The notes under the pieces were generated by a model that saw only the letters and a program-made list of their open reading frames with translations, did no database searches and was not told where the DNA came from. The position numbers and the translations under genes were made by a program. From an uncultured Ignavibacteriales bacterium (GTDB lineage Bacteria; Zixibacteria; MSB-5A5; GN15; JAAZOE01): a stretch of 64,000 nt of DNA. The first letter of the stretch is position 1. Each line of letters begins with the position of its first letter. The stretch covers positions 9,034 to 73,033 of the forward strand of contig CAZSYD010000004.1 of the NCBI GenBank assembly GCA_964611355.1, read 5' to 3'. Below are positions 49,141 to 58,240 of this stretch, piece after piece.

Positions 49141-50379
49141 TTACTTTTTCCGGAATTCAACCCCGTCGAAATCTTCCCAGTCAAGATAAACTTCGTCGTC
49201 GTCATCATCGGTTATGACGAAAATCCCCTTGTTTTCATCATTGATGTCGTTCGAATTGCGCAATCTAAACTGACGGCCGTCATTAAGCGTCACCCGGCCG
49301 CTGCGACGGGAAAGCTTTTCAATCGACTTGATATACTCAAAAGGTATATCTAATTCGACGCCTCGAAAGGTTCCGTCAAGGACCTCCCAGGTGAATTCTT
49401 CGTCGTCATCCCAGCGGATAAATCCGGTATATTGTTCGCCATCTTCGTCGTAAACGTCGCCATATATCCGGCGGCCGCCGTCGAAGTCGTTGTATTCCGG
49501 ATAGGCGTCAGCCGGCGGTTCTTTTATTTCAAGCAGTTCAAATTCATCCCATTCAACCACTACCCGTCCCATCTTCAGATTGGAAACAATGATGCCGCGG
49601 TTGCCGCTGTCAACGTCGTTGGAATCATCAAGCCGGAATTTCTTGCCGTCTTTTATGGTAATCATTGACGCCTGCGAGGATATCCTTTCGATTTTGGCGA
49701 TTCTGGAGAATTTTATCTTTCGCTTTCTGCGTTTTTCACTGCCGTCAATAATATCCTTGTCAAACATCTCATCCATGTCCCAGCAGATCCAGCCGGTGAA
49801 CTCACCGGCGCGGCTGGTTGTTACCGTACCGTATATCCTTTTACCGAAATCGGAATCAATGTCGCCGCCATCCATAAACTCGATATAATCGATATCATCC
49901 CAATCAAGCTCCAGTTCGCCCTCGTCCTCCGTCTCGATGATAATCTCCCTGATGCCGGGGCCGAAATCGGTCGATCCACTGTGAAGATAAACCTTTTCGC
50001 CGCTTTTAAGCAAAAGCTCCACTTCGTCGTCCGATTCCGCCGTAAGCTTTTTGACATGACCGAAAGCTATGCCCGACTGTGACGTAGAACCGCCCCAGCC
50101 GCCTTCCTCGAAGACGGTTACGCCAAAGATGACGAACTTCGTGTCGCGGTCCCCGTACTTGCGGCGGCTTTTTTTATGCGCATGGGTGCGTTCTTTGTTG
50201 CCGTCTATTATGTCATCCCAGGAAGCTTCGTTCTTGTCCCAGCGAATCGGCCCTTCCAGGACGTCTCCCCGATCGGTGTATATCCTGCCGTAAATCCTCC
50301 CCTTCTCAGCCGAAGACAGCGAAGCGATGAGGAACAAAAACAGGCCGCAAATACAAACCTGTCGCAATCTACCAAGCAT
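49141..50379 (-). CDS. Secreted protein built from three ~120-145-aa homologous modules, unknown family
   Basis: Signal peptide. Three modules each begin RIYG(R/T/D)(I/V)(Y/T)...G.(I)(R/C)WD..E...(I/V)(I/L)DG and end ...(L/V)(L/V/Y)(L/V)(D/E)W(D/E)(D/E)(I/F)(D/E)..(I/V)EF. Confidence 0.6.
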   Translation of the reverse strand: MLGRLRQVCICGLFLFLIASLSSAEKGRIYGRIYTDRGDVLEGPIRWDKNEASWDDIIDGNKERTHAHKKSRRKYGDRDTKFVIFGVTVFEEGGWGGSTSQSGIAFGHVKKLTAESDDEVELLLKSGEKVYLHSGSTDFGPGIREIIIETEDEGELELDWDDIDYIEFMDGGDIDSDFGKRIYGTVTTSRAGEFTGWICWDMDEMFDKDIIDGSEKRRKRKIKFSRIAKIERISSQASMITIKDGKKFRLDDSNDVDSGNRGIIVSNLKMGRVVVEWDEFELLEIKEPPADAYPEYNDFDGGRRIYGDVYDEDGEQYTGFIRWDDDEEFTWEVLDGTFRGVELDIPFEYIKSIEKLSRRSGRVTLNDGRQFRLRNSNDINDENKGIFVITDDDDDEVYLDWEDFDGVEFRKK

Positions 50380-50524
50380 GATAACCTCGCTTTGCTTTTA
50401 TTTGTCCTTTTATCAATTTGACGGCAATATATAAAAAAGGTTGCCGTAAAAAACTCGGCGGCAGGCTCACTAAGCTTCCATATATTTTACGTTTCCGCAG
50501 ACGGGTTACAGCCCGGCAAGCGGG

Positions 50525-53383
50525 CTATTTCAGATAAATCATCTTCCGGACTGCGCTGAAATCGGCCGTTTGCAATTTATAGAAATATATCCCCGAAGCC
50601 ATTTCGCGGCCACGGTAATCGGTACCGTCCCAAGCGGTGTGGTATGAACCGGCTGGCAGAAACTCATCCAGCAAAGTGGCCACCCGCTGACCCAGGATAT
50701 TATAAACCTCTATGGCAGCCGAGCCGGCACGCTTCAAGTCAAACAAAATACTTGTCCGGTTGTTAAACGGGTTCGGAAAATTTTGACCGAGGGAGAAGCT
50801 GGCGGGAAGGTTGTCTCTCCCCCGGTCGTCAACGCGGGTAGGACTGCTTATTTCAAGGCCGCCGCATTCCAGAAACGGCAGGCAATATATGCTATCGCCC
50901 GACTCGAGATAGAAACTGTCTTCGTCGGCGATACTAAAAAACGTTATTCCGGTAATGGAATCGTTGACTGTGCCATAGATATCGGCCAGATGATGCGGAC
51001 CCGCACGGATCGGCGTTTCCAGTGAATCGACCGGGATTTCCAAAATGAAGGTATTCGCTCCGTTATCAATCGTGGCCAGGACCCTCTCTTTCAGATCGCC
51101 TTCCGATGGAGGCAATATCGAATCAACCGTATGCATTGCGCCATCATAGGCAAACTTTAGATATCCCCGGCGGATGCTATTTTGATTATGCAGATAAAGC
51201 TGCACCTGCACAAACTCACCAAGCTCTGCCGCCGCAAGGGGAATCAAAACCGTATCGGGCGGATAAAGGTCAACTATAATGGGGACATGAATAGGGTTGT
51301 TGAAAGCGGTCGAATCCTGGATTCTTATACTGCCCCTGTATTGGCCGGGGATAAGCGCAGCCGTGGCTATGCTGCATGATACGAAATCATAATCGGCGCC
51401 CGAAGAGGAAACCAGAGAAAGCCACGAAGCGTCGCTGCCTGCCTGCCAGTGCGAAACGTTTCCGCCCATGTTTAAGATTTGAATCGAATCCGAGACCGTC
51501 TCGCCCCTTATCAGGAAATGATAAATACTATCGGGTTGAGCGGCCAGGTACGGGATATTTGACTGCAAATCGAGGATAACCTTTAATGATTCCGGGCCGT
51601 TTAGAGCGCCGCTGTCGGAGATTATCGCAAACGCTTCATATTCACGGGACAACAGCGAGGTTATGTCGCAGCCGACCGAAATTAATTCACCGGCGGCGCC
51701 GTTTGTTTTATCAACTGTCAGCCAATCGGCGGTTTTGGTCAGAGTCCAGTCCAGTGTCCCCGTGCCGGCGTTGAGGACGGTAAATATCTGATCGTTTGGC
51801 GACCCGATCTCAATCAATGCCCGAAAGCCGACGGAATCAGGTTCAAGTTCTATCAGAGGGCCGGTAATCGTCAGAACCACCGGTATCATGGCCGTCGAAT
51901 CATTATGAGTCAGGTTAATCAGCGTAATCCTTCCCTGATGTATCCCGTAATCGAGCGAATCGGAATTCAGCGTCACATAAAAGCTGTCGGGCGTGGCGCC
52001 AGTTGTTTTGGAAAGCTCGATCCAGCCCGCCTCGGCGGGCTCAGGCTGGAGCCGGTAATCAAGCTCTCCGTATCCGGCATTTTGAAGAGTTACCCTGAAC
52101 GGTTCGAGGTCTGGGTCAAACATATCTTTGGAATAATCTATCCTCCCCGGCGAGGCCAGCAGGGCGGGATCGTTATACCTGATTATTCTTCCGTAAATAT
52201 CGTAGTTGCCGTTGCGATTATCGGCCCATACCAGATAAAGGTCATATCCGTCGATGGCTACGTCCGGAAGAAGTTGCTTTCCGCTTTTCTCGGAATTTAC
52301 CTGGAAATTATTATCACGCAGGCAGCCATTATATTCGATCATCTGGCCGACAACGTTCCAATCCCCTCCCGCCGAGTCGGACCAAACAATACAGGCATTA
52401 CCCATTCGGTCAGCCGCCACTTTCGGGTCGCGCTGGGAAGCCGACGTACCGTCCTGATTGATAATAAAATTATCTCCAAGGCGATTCAGTTCGGAATCGA
52501 ATCTCTGGCAGAAAATATCGGAATTGGCCGGGTAGCTGCCGTTTCGCCAGTCGGTCCAGACCACGTAAATCACACCATTGCCACCGATCGCTGCCGAGGG
52601 GAACTTCTGCCTGGTTGCTGTCGTCCCATGATTGACGACTATATTTTCTCCGACCGGATTTCCGGCGGAGTCAAATTTCTGCAAATAGATATCATCGTCC
52701 CCGTTGCGACCATCGTACCAAGTAACCACAAACCATCCTTCGGGAGACAGCGCCACCTCCGGTTCATGCTGCGGCGAGGTAGAATAGTCGTCGTTTACCC
52801 TGATGTTAACCCCCAGAGGACTGCCGTTATTATCCAGCGACTGGACAAAAACATCCCAGTTGCGATAACGAAGATCCGTCCAGGCAACTATCGTTTTCCC
52901 CCAGCCGGCGGCTCCGACAGCCGGCGACTGGTGGCTGGAATCTGGCGGCTCGATGGTTATATTACGGTTTATTCCCACAAAACCGGCGCTATCGAGCTTT
53001 TGATAATAGATATCAGGATCAAACGGGTAGGTGCCGTTCCGGTAATCTTTCCAGACGGCGAAATAATTTCCATACCAGTCAGACGATAAATCGGGCTCAA
53101 ACTGCCAGGCAGTTATATCGTCATCGTTTACCCGGAAGTTATCGCCTATCGGAACAGAAGCGGAATCATACAACTGGCAAAAAATATCGCCGTTTCCATT
53201 ACGGCGATCAACCCATACGACCGCAAACTTCCCTCCCAAACCAACGGCTACGGCGGGGTTATTCTGATCGGAGAACGAAAAATCGGACGTAATAAGAAAA
53301 TCACCTTCTTGGAGAACACCCGCATCGGCGCCCGAAGCGAAAAGTAAAAATACAAACACCACTGATAGGTCCAGCCGCAACAT
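50525..53383 (-). CDS. Large T9SS-sorted surface protein: 7 propeller-like repeats, Ig/BACON-like domains, a cohesin-like module and a T9SS CTD
   Basis: Signal peptide. Seven ~50-aa repeats P.VA....G.F.VVW.D.RNG..DI(F/Y).Q.(F/Y)D..G.P.G.NF.VN. Repeated W(I/L)..(S/D)...G modules. GEFVQVQLYLHNQNSIRRGYLKFAYDGAMHTVDSI is cohesin-like. The C-terminus reads LGQNFPNPFNNRTSILF...GIYFYKLQ...RKMIYLK. Confidence 0.7.
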   Translation of the reverse strand: MLRLDLSVVFVFLLFASGADAGVLQEGDFLITSDFSFSDQNNPAVAVGLGGKFAVVWVDRRNGNGDIFCQLYDSASVPIGDNFRVNDDDITAWQFEPDLSSDWYGNYFAVWKDYRNGTYPFDPDIYYQKLDSAGFVGINRNITIEPPDSSHQSPAVGAAGWGKTIVAWTDLRYRNWDVFVQSLDNNGSPLGVNIRVNDDYSTSPQHEPEVALSPEGWFVVTWYDGRNGDDDIYLQKFDSAGNPVGENIVVNHGTTATRQKFPSAAIGGNGVIYVVWTDWRNGSYPANSDIFCQRFDSELNRLGDNFIINQDGTSASQRDPKVAADRMGNACIVWSDSAGGDWNVVGQMIEYNGCLRDNNFQVNSEKSGKQLLPDVAIDGYDLYLVWADNRNGNYDIYGRIIRYNDPALLASPGRIDYSKDMFDPDLEPFRVTLQNAGYGELDYRLQPEPAEAGWIELSKTTGATPDSFYVTLNSDSLDYGIHQGRITLINLTHNDSTAMIPVVLTITGPLIELEPDSVGFRALIEIGSPNDQIFTVLNAGTGTLDWTLTKTADWLTVDKTNGAAGELISVGCDITSLLSREYEAFAIISDSGALNGPESLKVILDLQSNIPYLAAQPDSIYHFLIRGETVSDSIQILNMGGNVSHWQAGSDASWLSLVSSSGADYDFVSCSIATAALIPGQYRGSIRIQDSTAFNNPIHVPIIVDLYPPDTVLIPLAAAELGEFVQVQLYLHNQNSIRRGYLKFAYDGAMHTVDSILPPSEGDLKERVLATIDNGANTFILEIPVDSLETPIRAGPHHLADIYGTVNDSITGITFFSIADEDSFYLESGDSIYCLPFLECGGLEISSPTRVDDRGRDNLPASFSLGQNFPNPFNNRTSILFDLKRAGSAAIEVYNILGQRVATLLDEFLPAGSYHTAWDGTDYRGREMASGIYFYKLQTADFSAVRKMIYLK

Positions 53384-53499
53384 AACTCAAAACAATTATG
53401 CAAAACGCCTGCCCAAACTCAGACACGCACCGGGCATATATAACCTGCCTTTTATCAGCAGGTTTAGGGCATCCCGGTAATACCCGCCGGAAATGACAG

Positions 53500-53571
53500 A
53501 AAAAAACCGGAATTCTCATCCGGCTGAGTGGGGAAAAATATTCGCTTCTCGGGGAGGGTATTCCCTCCCCG
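53500..53571 (-). terminator. Two hairpins downstream of the HU/micro-ORF unit, the second with a T7 tract
   Basis: Minus strand: CGGGGAGGG-aata-CCCTCCCCG (53550-53571), then CCGGA-tgagaat-TCCGG + TTTTTTT (53500-53523). Confidence 0.5.
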
Positions 53572-53601
53572 AAAATTCCATTTTATCGAATAACTTGGAG
53601 A

Positions 53602-53697
53602 CTAAACCTTTTTCTTTTTATGTCTATCACGCCGTTTCCGTTTTTTCCGTTTGTGCGTTTTGATTTTTTGTCGTTTGCGTTTCTTTCCGCTGGGCAT
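53602..53697 (-). CDS. 31-aa hyper-basic micro-protein, bS22 / AURKAIP1-COX24-like small ribosomal protein candidate
   Basis: Below the ORF-track size cutoff. AGGAGG lies 6 nt upstream of the ATG (53697). Translation: MPSGKKRKRQKIKTHKRKKRKRRDRHKKKKV-stop. It starts 30 nt after the HU stop on the same strand. Confidence 0.6.
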   Translation of the reverse strand: MPSGKKRKRQKIKTHKRKKRKRRDRHKKKKV

Positions 53698-53727
53698 TCA
53701 GCCTCCTGCTCCATTCAACAGATGTGG

Positions 53728-54012
53728 TTATATCGGGAGTTTCGTAATCAGGCTCTTGAACTCATTAGATGGCTTAAAAACCGGAACCTTGCGATCAGGA
53801 ACGGGAACCACCTCGCCGGTACGAGGATTTCTCGCCTTCCGAGCCTTTCTTAATTTGATTTTGAAAGTTCCAAAACCGCGGATTTCGATGTTATGTCCCT
53901 CTTCCAAAGACTTTTTCACAGTCGTCAGAAAGTTGTCGACCACCACGGCTACGTCTGTTCGAGTTAACCCTGTCTTTTCAGCCACTTTTTCGACCAGATC
54001 AGCCTTGGTCAT
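53728..54012 (-). CDS. HU/IHF family nucleoid-associated DNA-binding protein
   Basis: MTKADLVEKVAEKTGLTRTDVAVVVDNFL...IRGFGTFKIK...ARNPRTGE.V.VP....VFKPS. GGGAGGAGG SD. Confidence 0.9.
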   Translation of the reverse strand: MTKADLVEKVAEKTGLTRTDVAVVVDNFLTTVKKSLEEGHNIEIRGFGTFKIKLRKARKARNPRTGEVVPVPDRKVPVFKPSNEFKSLITKLPI

Positions 54013-54214
54013 CTTGTCCTCCTCCCAAAAACAATCCCTTTTTCCAAGTTTTTCAAAATAATATATCTTTCCTGCCTGCGCAACTACTTTTATTGCAAAG
54101 AGCTAAACAATTTTAACCGTCATCCTTGCATTCCTGTAGCAACGACCAAAAGCATCACGACGCTTTAATCCCAAGCCTGCGCGGTCATGTCAAGCCGCTT
54201 GTCAGGCTTTCCCT

Positions 54215-55105
54215 TTATTCATACAAATACATCAAACCGGGCTGCTGGTGTTCGATACTGGAAACCTTATCTATTAAGTCAACCCCGTTGCGGAGAAGAT
54301 CCCATAATCCGGGTTTTCTCTTGTGTTCCCTGACCACATTGGGATTAGGACCTATCTCGGCCAATTCGCCGGCGATATCAATCGCATCTTCAAAGGTTCC
54401 CAGCGTGTCCACCAGACCCAGATTATATGCCTGCCGGCCGGTAAAGACGGAACCGTCGGCCAGAGGATAAATCTCATCTTTGGGACGGCCGCGCCCGTCA
54501 GCCACCGCCTCGACAAACTGCTCGTAAACGTCATCGATCACCGCCGTGAGCATTCGCTCATCTTCCGGAGACATCGGACGGGAAAAATTGCCGACATCTT
54601 TAAGCTCGCCTGATTTGATCGTCTCCCAGCGCAGCCCGATCTTTTCCATGAGTTTCTTGGCGGTTGGAAACGACATAATTACCCCGATTGAACCGGTTAG
54701 CGTTCCGGGGTTGGAAACAATTCTATCGGCGGCGCAGGCCACGTAGTATCCCCCCGAAGCCGCCACCGAAGCCATTGAAGCCACCACGATCATGCCGTCC
54801 TCGCGAACCTTGAGGATCTCGTCATACATTTCCTGCGAGGCCGCCACTCCGCCACCGGGGGAATCGATATGGATTACTATCGCCTTTACCGAACCATCGT
54901 CGCTCCATTTCTTGATTTGTCGGACAAAGTCTTTTGAACTGACGATTTCTCCATATAGCTCAATCACCGCCACTTTGGGGCCAAAGCCTGTAAACTCCAA
55001 CTGGTTGTCCCCCATAATACCAATAATTATAATCAGGCAGAAAAAGGCAAAGACCAGAAAAGCGGCCACGACGACAACCGTGATAACTACCGTTCGTTTT
55101 TTCAC
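54215..55105 (-). CDS. sppA: Signal peptide peptidase SppA (36K type)
   Basis: N-terminal TM helix. VIHIDSPGGGVAAS, ASMASVAASGGYYVACAADRI, GSIGV. Confidence 0.88.
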   Translation of the reverse strand: MKKRTVVITVVVVAAFLVFAFFCLIIIIGIMGDNQLEFTGFGPKVAVIELYGEIVSSKDFVRQIKKWSDDGSVKAIVIHIDSPGGGVAASQEMYDEILKVREDGMIVVASMASVAASGGYYVACAADRIVSNPGTLTGSIGVIMSFPTAKKLMEKIGLRWETIKSGELKDVGNFSRPMSPEDERMLTAVIDDVYEQFVEAVADGRGRPKDEIYPLADGSVFTGRQAYNLGLVDTLGTFEDAIDIAGELAEIGPNPNVVREHKRKPGLWDLLRNGVDLIDKVSSIEHQQPGLMYLYE

Positions 55106-55113
55106 TATTCCCC

Positions 55114-57168
55114 CTATCGTTTGGCGATTTTCAGTTTGGTTCCGACCGCCAACCGGTTGGCGTTCCTTATATTATTCACCTTTGCGAGCATTTTAATCGT
55201 GGTGCCAAAGGCGCGGGCAATACTATCCAGCGTATCCCCCCGCCTTACGACATAGGTAAAATACTCGCCGGACGATTTTCCCATTCCGGGTACCAGCAGC
55301 TTCTGACCCACATATATCCGGCCCGAACGTGAAAGACCGTTCAGGCGTCGTATGGTAGCTGTGGTGGTTCCGTAAGTTCGGGCGATATCCCAGACCGTAT
55401 CACCTTTCCTTACGAAATAGATTTGAGTATTTCCGGCTGCTTCACGATCATGATTGATGCGTTTTTTATCTGATTTTACCCTAGCCGACGAACCGGGTAA
55501 CTTGAGTACTTGGCCGACATATATGCGGCTGGAATTGCCAAGATAATTCAGATTCCGCAAAGCATCCGGCGTGGTACCGAATGATCGTGAAATATCCCAG
55601 AGATTATCCCCTCTCTGGACAATATATGTATTATCGCCCGCGGCTGCCCGATACCTTGTTTTCTTGCTGGACGTGCGGCTGCCGTCCAGAGGAACGGGAA
55701 CGATCAACGTTTTACCGGCATATATCTTTGAACGGCGGGATATATTATTGGCCTCAAAGATGGCATACTGAGAAACGCCGTACTTGCTGGCAATTGATGA
55801 AACGGTCTCGCCCCGTCCGATTCTGTGCTTGACCCAGCTTGTTTCCTTGGGCGATTTCAAATTAGGCAGGGCCGCCAAAAACTTCTTCTTACTGCCCGGT
55901 GGTATTCTCAGCTTGTAACTCTTCGTGTACGGCGGCGTAACGTTGCGCAGCAGTTCCGGATTAAGTTCACGGATATGCGCCAGCGTAACGCCGGTCGCTT
56001 TTGCGACCGACTTGAGCGACAAGCATCTATTTACTGAAACGACGTCATACTCGATCGGGTCATCGTATTCAACGTGGAATCCGTACAGCTCGGGATTTTT
56101 GGCAATGATAGTCGCCGCCATGTAAAACGGAACATAATCTTCCGTCTGCTTGCGCAGCCTCATGTCCCAGAAGTTGTCCGTCTTCTGACGATTTATCGTC
56201 TTGGTGATTCGGCCCGGGCCGCCGTTATAAGCCGCCAGAGCCAGTTCCCAGCATTCGAATTTCTCATGCAGGTGTTTAAGGAACCTCGCCGCGGAATGAG
56301 TCGATTTGACATAATCCCGCCGCTCATCATACCACCAATTCCGCTTTAAACCATATAATCTTCCGGTGGAAGCAATAAACTGCCAGGGACCGCTGGCTCG
56401 TGCCCAGGAATAAGCCCTGCAGTTAAAGCCGGATTCTATCATCGGCAGGTATACCAGATCACTCGGGAGGTCATATTGCTTTAGGATATCCGACATGAGC
56501 GGGATATATTTGCCCGATCGTTCCAGATAAGTTTCAAACGCCTCCCTGGCGACGGTCTGGAAATAGATTATCGATTTCTTTACCTTATCATTAAATACTA
56601 TTGGTATATCATAAGTTACCGCTTTTTCTTCACCCTTTACCTTAAGATAGGCGCCATCGCCGACACCGGGCATACTGGAAAATTTCTCAAGAAAAGCCGA
56701 AGGTGAGGCGTCTTCGGGCAGGTTGCCCAGCGACAACAGGGTAAGCCGGTAATCGGCTACGATTTCGTTCAGCAACGATGAGTACTTTTTGGCTTCAGGG
56801 GTATCGCCCGCCGCATCAATATCCAAATCGGCCATAACTTTCAGGGCTCGTTCCAGATAATACTGAGCCTCATCCCAGGCTGCTTCCTGGTTGGCCGCAA
56901 CTCCCTGGGCGAAATACTCACGGGCTTGCCTGAGCTGCCGCCAGACCTCATCATCGACCGCATAAGCTGAATCAGGAGAATAAGTTGCCCCTGACGGGAT
57001 TCCGTCGGAAGCGGTCAGACTATCCTTATCTTCGATTATCAGATTGAGGACTGTATCATTGGGCGTGTCTTCGTATGCATTGCTGGCCCAACTCGGCCAG
57101 GCAAGTAATAAAATAACCACAAAAATGGCTAATCTTTTCATTCTCATCCCTGTTGCTGAAGTCGACAT
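55114..57168 (-). CDS. Lytic murein transglycosylase (MltD-like SLT domain) with four C-terminal LysM domains
   Basis: SLT catalytic region LPMIESGFNCRAYSWARASGPWQF. Four LysM repeats (e.g. HRIGRGETVSSIASKYGVS, YIVQRGDNLWDISRSFG, YFVRKGDTVWDIARTYG, YVVRRGDTLDSIARAFG). Confidence 0.85.
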   Translation of the reverse strand: MSTSATGMRMKRLAIFVVILLLAWPSWASNAYEDTPNDTVLNLIIEDKDSLTASDGIPSGATYSPDSAYAVDDEVWRQLRQAREYFAQGVAANQEAAWDEAQYYLERALKVMADLDIDAAGDTPEAKKYSSLLNEIVADYRLTLLSLGNLPEDASPSAFLEKFSSMPGVGDGAYLKVKGEEKAVTYDIPIVFNDKVKKSIIYFQTVAREAFETYLERSGKYIPLMSDILKQYDLPSDLVYLPMIESGFNCRAYSWARASGPWQFIASTGRLYGLKRNWWYDERRDYVKSTHSAARFLKHLHEKFECWELALAAYNGGPGRITKTINRQKTDNFWDMRLRKQTEDYVPFYMAATIIAKNPELYGFHVEYDDPIEYDVVSVNRCLSLKSVAKATGVTLAHIRELNPELLRNVTPPYTKSYKLRIPPGSKKKFLAALPNLKSPKETSWVKHRIGRGETVSSIASKYGVSQYAIFEANNISRRSKIYAGKTLIVPVPLDGSRTSSKKTRYRAAAGDNTYIVQRGDNLWDISRSFGTTPDALRNLNYLGNSSRIYVGQVLKLPGSSARVKSDKKRINHDREAAGNTQIYFVRKGDTVWDIARTYGTTTATIRRLNGLSRSGRIYVGQKLLVPGMGKSSGEYFTYVVRRGDTLDSIARAFGTTIKMLAKVNNIRNANRLAVGTKLKIAKR

Positions 57169-57271
57169 ATCATACTATATATCGGTATGCGCATCCTGCG
57201 CCTTTACGGAAAAATCCCTATAAGCCATTGCTATATATAAATTCTTGAATTCAGTGTCAAGTCCTTTTGGA

Positions 57272-58240
57272 TCAGGACGAAACCTTTGCCCAAAATGTTT
57301 CAGCCAATTCACGGCAAATATCAGTTGACTCCAATCCAAACCGATAAATCTTTCTGGCCTTTTTGACCCCCCTGAACCAGGTATACTGCCGCTTTGCATA
57401 GCGTCGACTATTCTGCTTAATCATATTAATACCTTCGGGAAGGGAGCTTCGGCCCTTAAAAAAATCGATAATTTCGCTGTAACCTAATATCCTGCTTTGA
57501 AGAAGCGCCTCTCCGAGAGAGGACTTAAAAACCGCTTCGGCTTCATCGACAAGCCCGGCCTCAATCATCCTATCTACCCGATCTTCTATAAGCTTATACA
57601 ATTTATCTCGATCCGGTAACAGAATAATATGCAGGAATTCCAGGTCTTTGTTTTTTGGCTTGGTTTCTTTGGCCAGTTCGCTTTTGGCCCGACCGGTAAT
57701 ATGATATATTTCGAGTGCACGTATCGCTTTCACCACGTTATGTGGATGAATCGCGGCCGCTTCTTCCGGATCGACCGCTTTTAACATATTATGGATACAG
57801 GCATGGCCTTCTTTAGCCGCCAGATCAAGCAGTTCCCGTCGATACGACAGATCGTCTTCCGGGATTTCAAATATGCCGTCAATTAAAGCACGGATATAAA
57901 GGCCCGTCCCGCCGCAGATGATTACTCTTTTGCCTCGTGCATGAACTTGTTTGATAATCGCTTCCGCTTTGCTTACAAAATCAAAAACAGTAAATCGCTG
58001 ACCCAAATCAACAGCTCCCGCAAGGTAATGAGGGACTCCGTCCCATTGATCTTCATCGAGCCGATCGGTGCCGATTTTGAGTTGTCGAAAGATCTGCCGG
58101 GAATCGGCGGAGATTATATCGGCATTAAATTCTCTGGCAATGGCAATGGCCAGCGACGACTTACCGGAACAGGTTGGGCCGCTGATAACAAGAATACGGA
58201 TTTTCTGCCCCGGCCGGTCAGGTTCGCCCGAAGCGGCCAT
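57272..58240 (-). CDS. miaA: tRNA dimethylallyltransferase
   Basis: P-loop ISGPTCSGKSSLAIAIA, IISADSRQIFRQLKIGTDR. The start is uncertain (58240 or 58282) and either choice overlaps the mutL 3' end. Confidence 0.9.
   Translation of the reverse strand: MAASGEPDRPGQKIRILVISGPTCSGKSSLAIAIAREFNADIISADSRQIFRQLKIGTDRLDEDQWDGVPHYLAGAVDLGQRFTVFDFVSKAEAIIKQVHARGKRVIICGGTGLYIRALIDGIFEIPEDDLSYRRELLDLAAKEGHACIHNMLKAVDPEEAAAIHPHNVVKAIRALEIYHITGRAKSELAKETKPKNKDLEFLHIILLPDRDKLYKLIEDRVDRMIEAGLVDEAEAVFKSSLGEALLQSRILGYSEIIDFFKGRSSLPEGINMIKQNSRRYAKRQYTWFRGVKKARKIYRFGLESTDICRELAETFWAKVSS

Noticed and set aside
51905-53089. 394-aa plus-strand ORF.
   Set aside because: It is antisense to the repeat region of the T9SS protein. 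Its periodic composition mirrors the sense-strand repeats, and it has no signal peptide or motifs.
53620-54061. Plus-strand ORFs of 77 and 136 aa (53620..53853 and 53651..54061).
   Set aside because: They are antisense to the HU gene and to the bS22-like micro-ORF. Both of those have strong SD sites and recognisable sequences.
57175-57399. 74-aa minus-strand ORF downstream of and overlapping miaA, considered as a possible hfq substitute.
   Set aside because: It overlaps the miaA 3' end in another frame and has no Sm motif or RBS. It is probably spurious.
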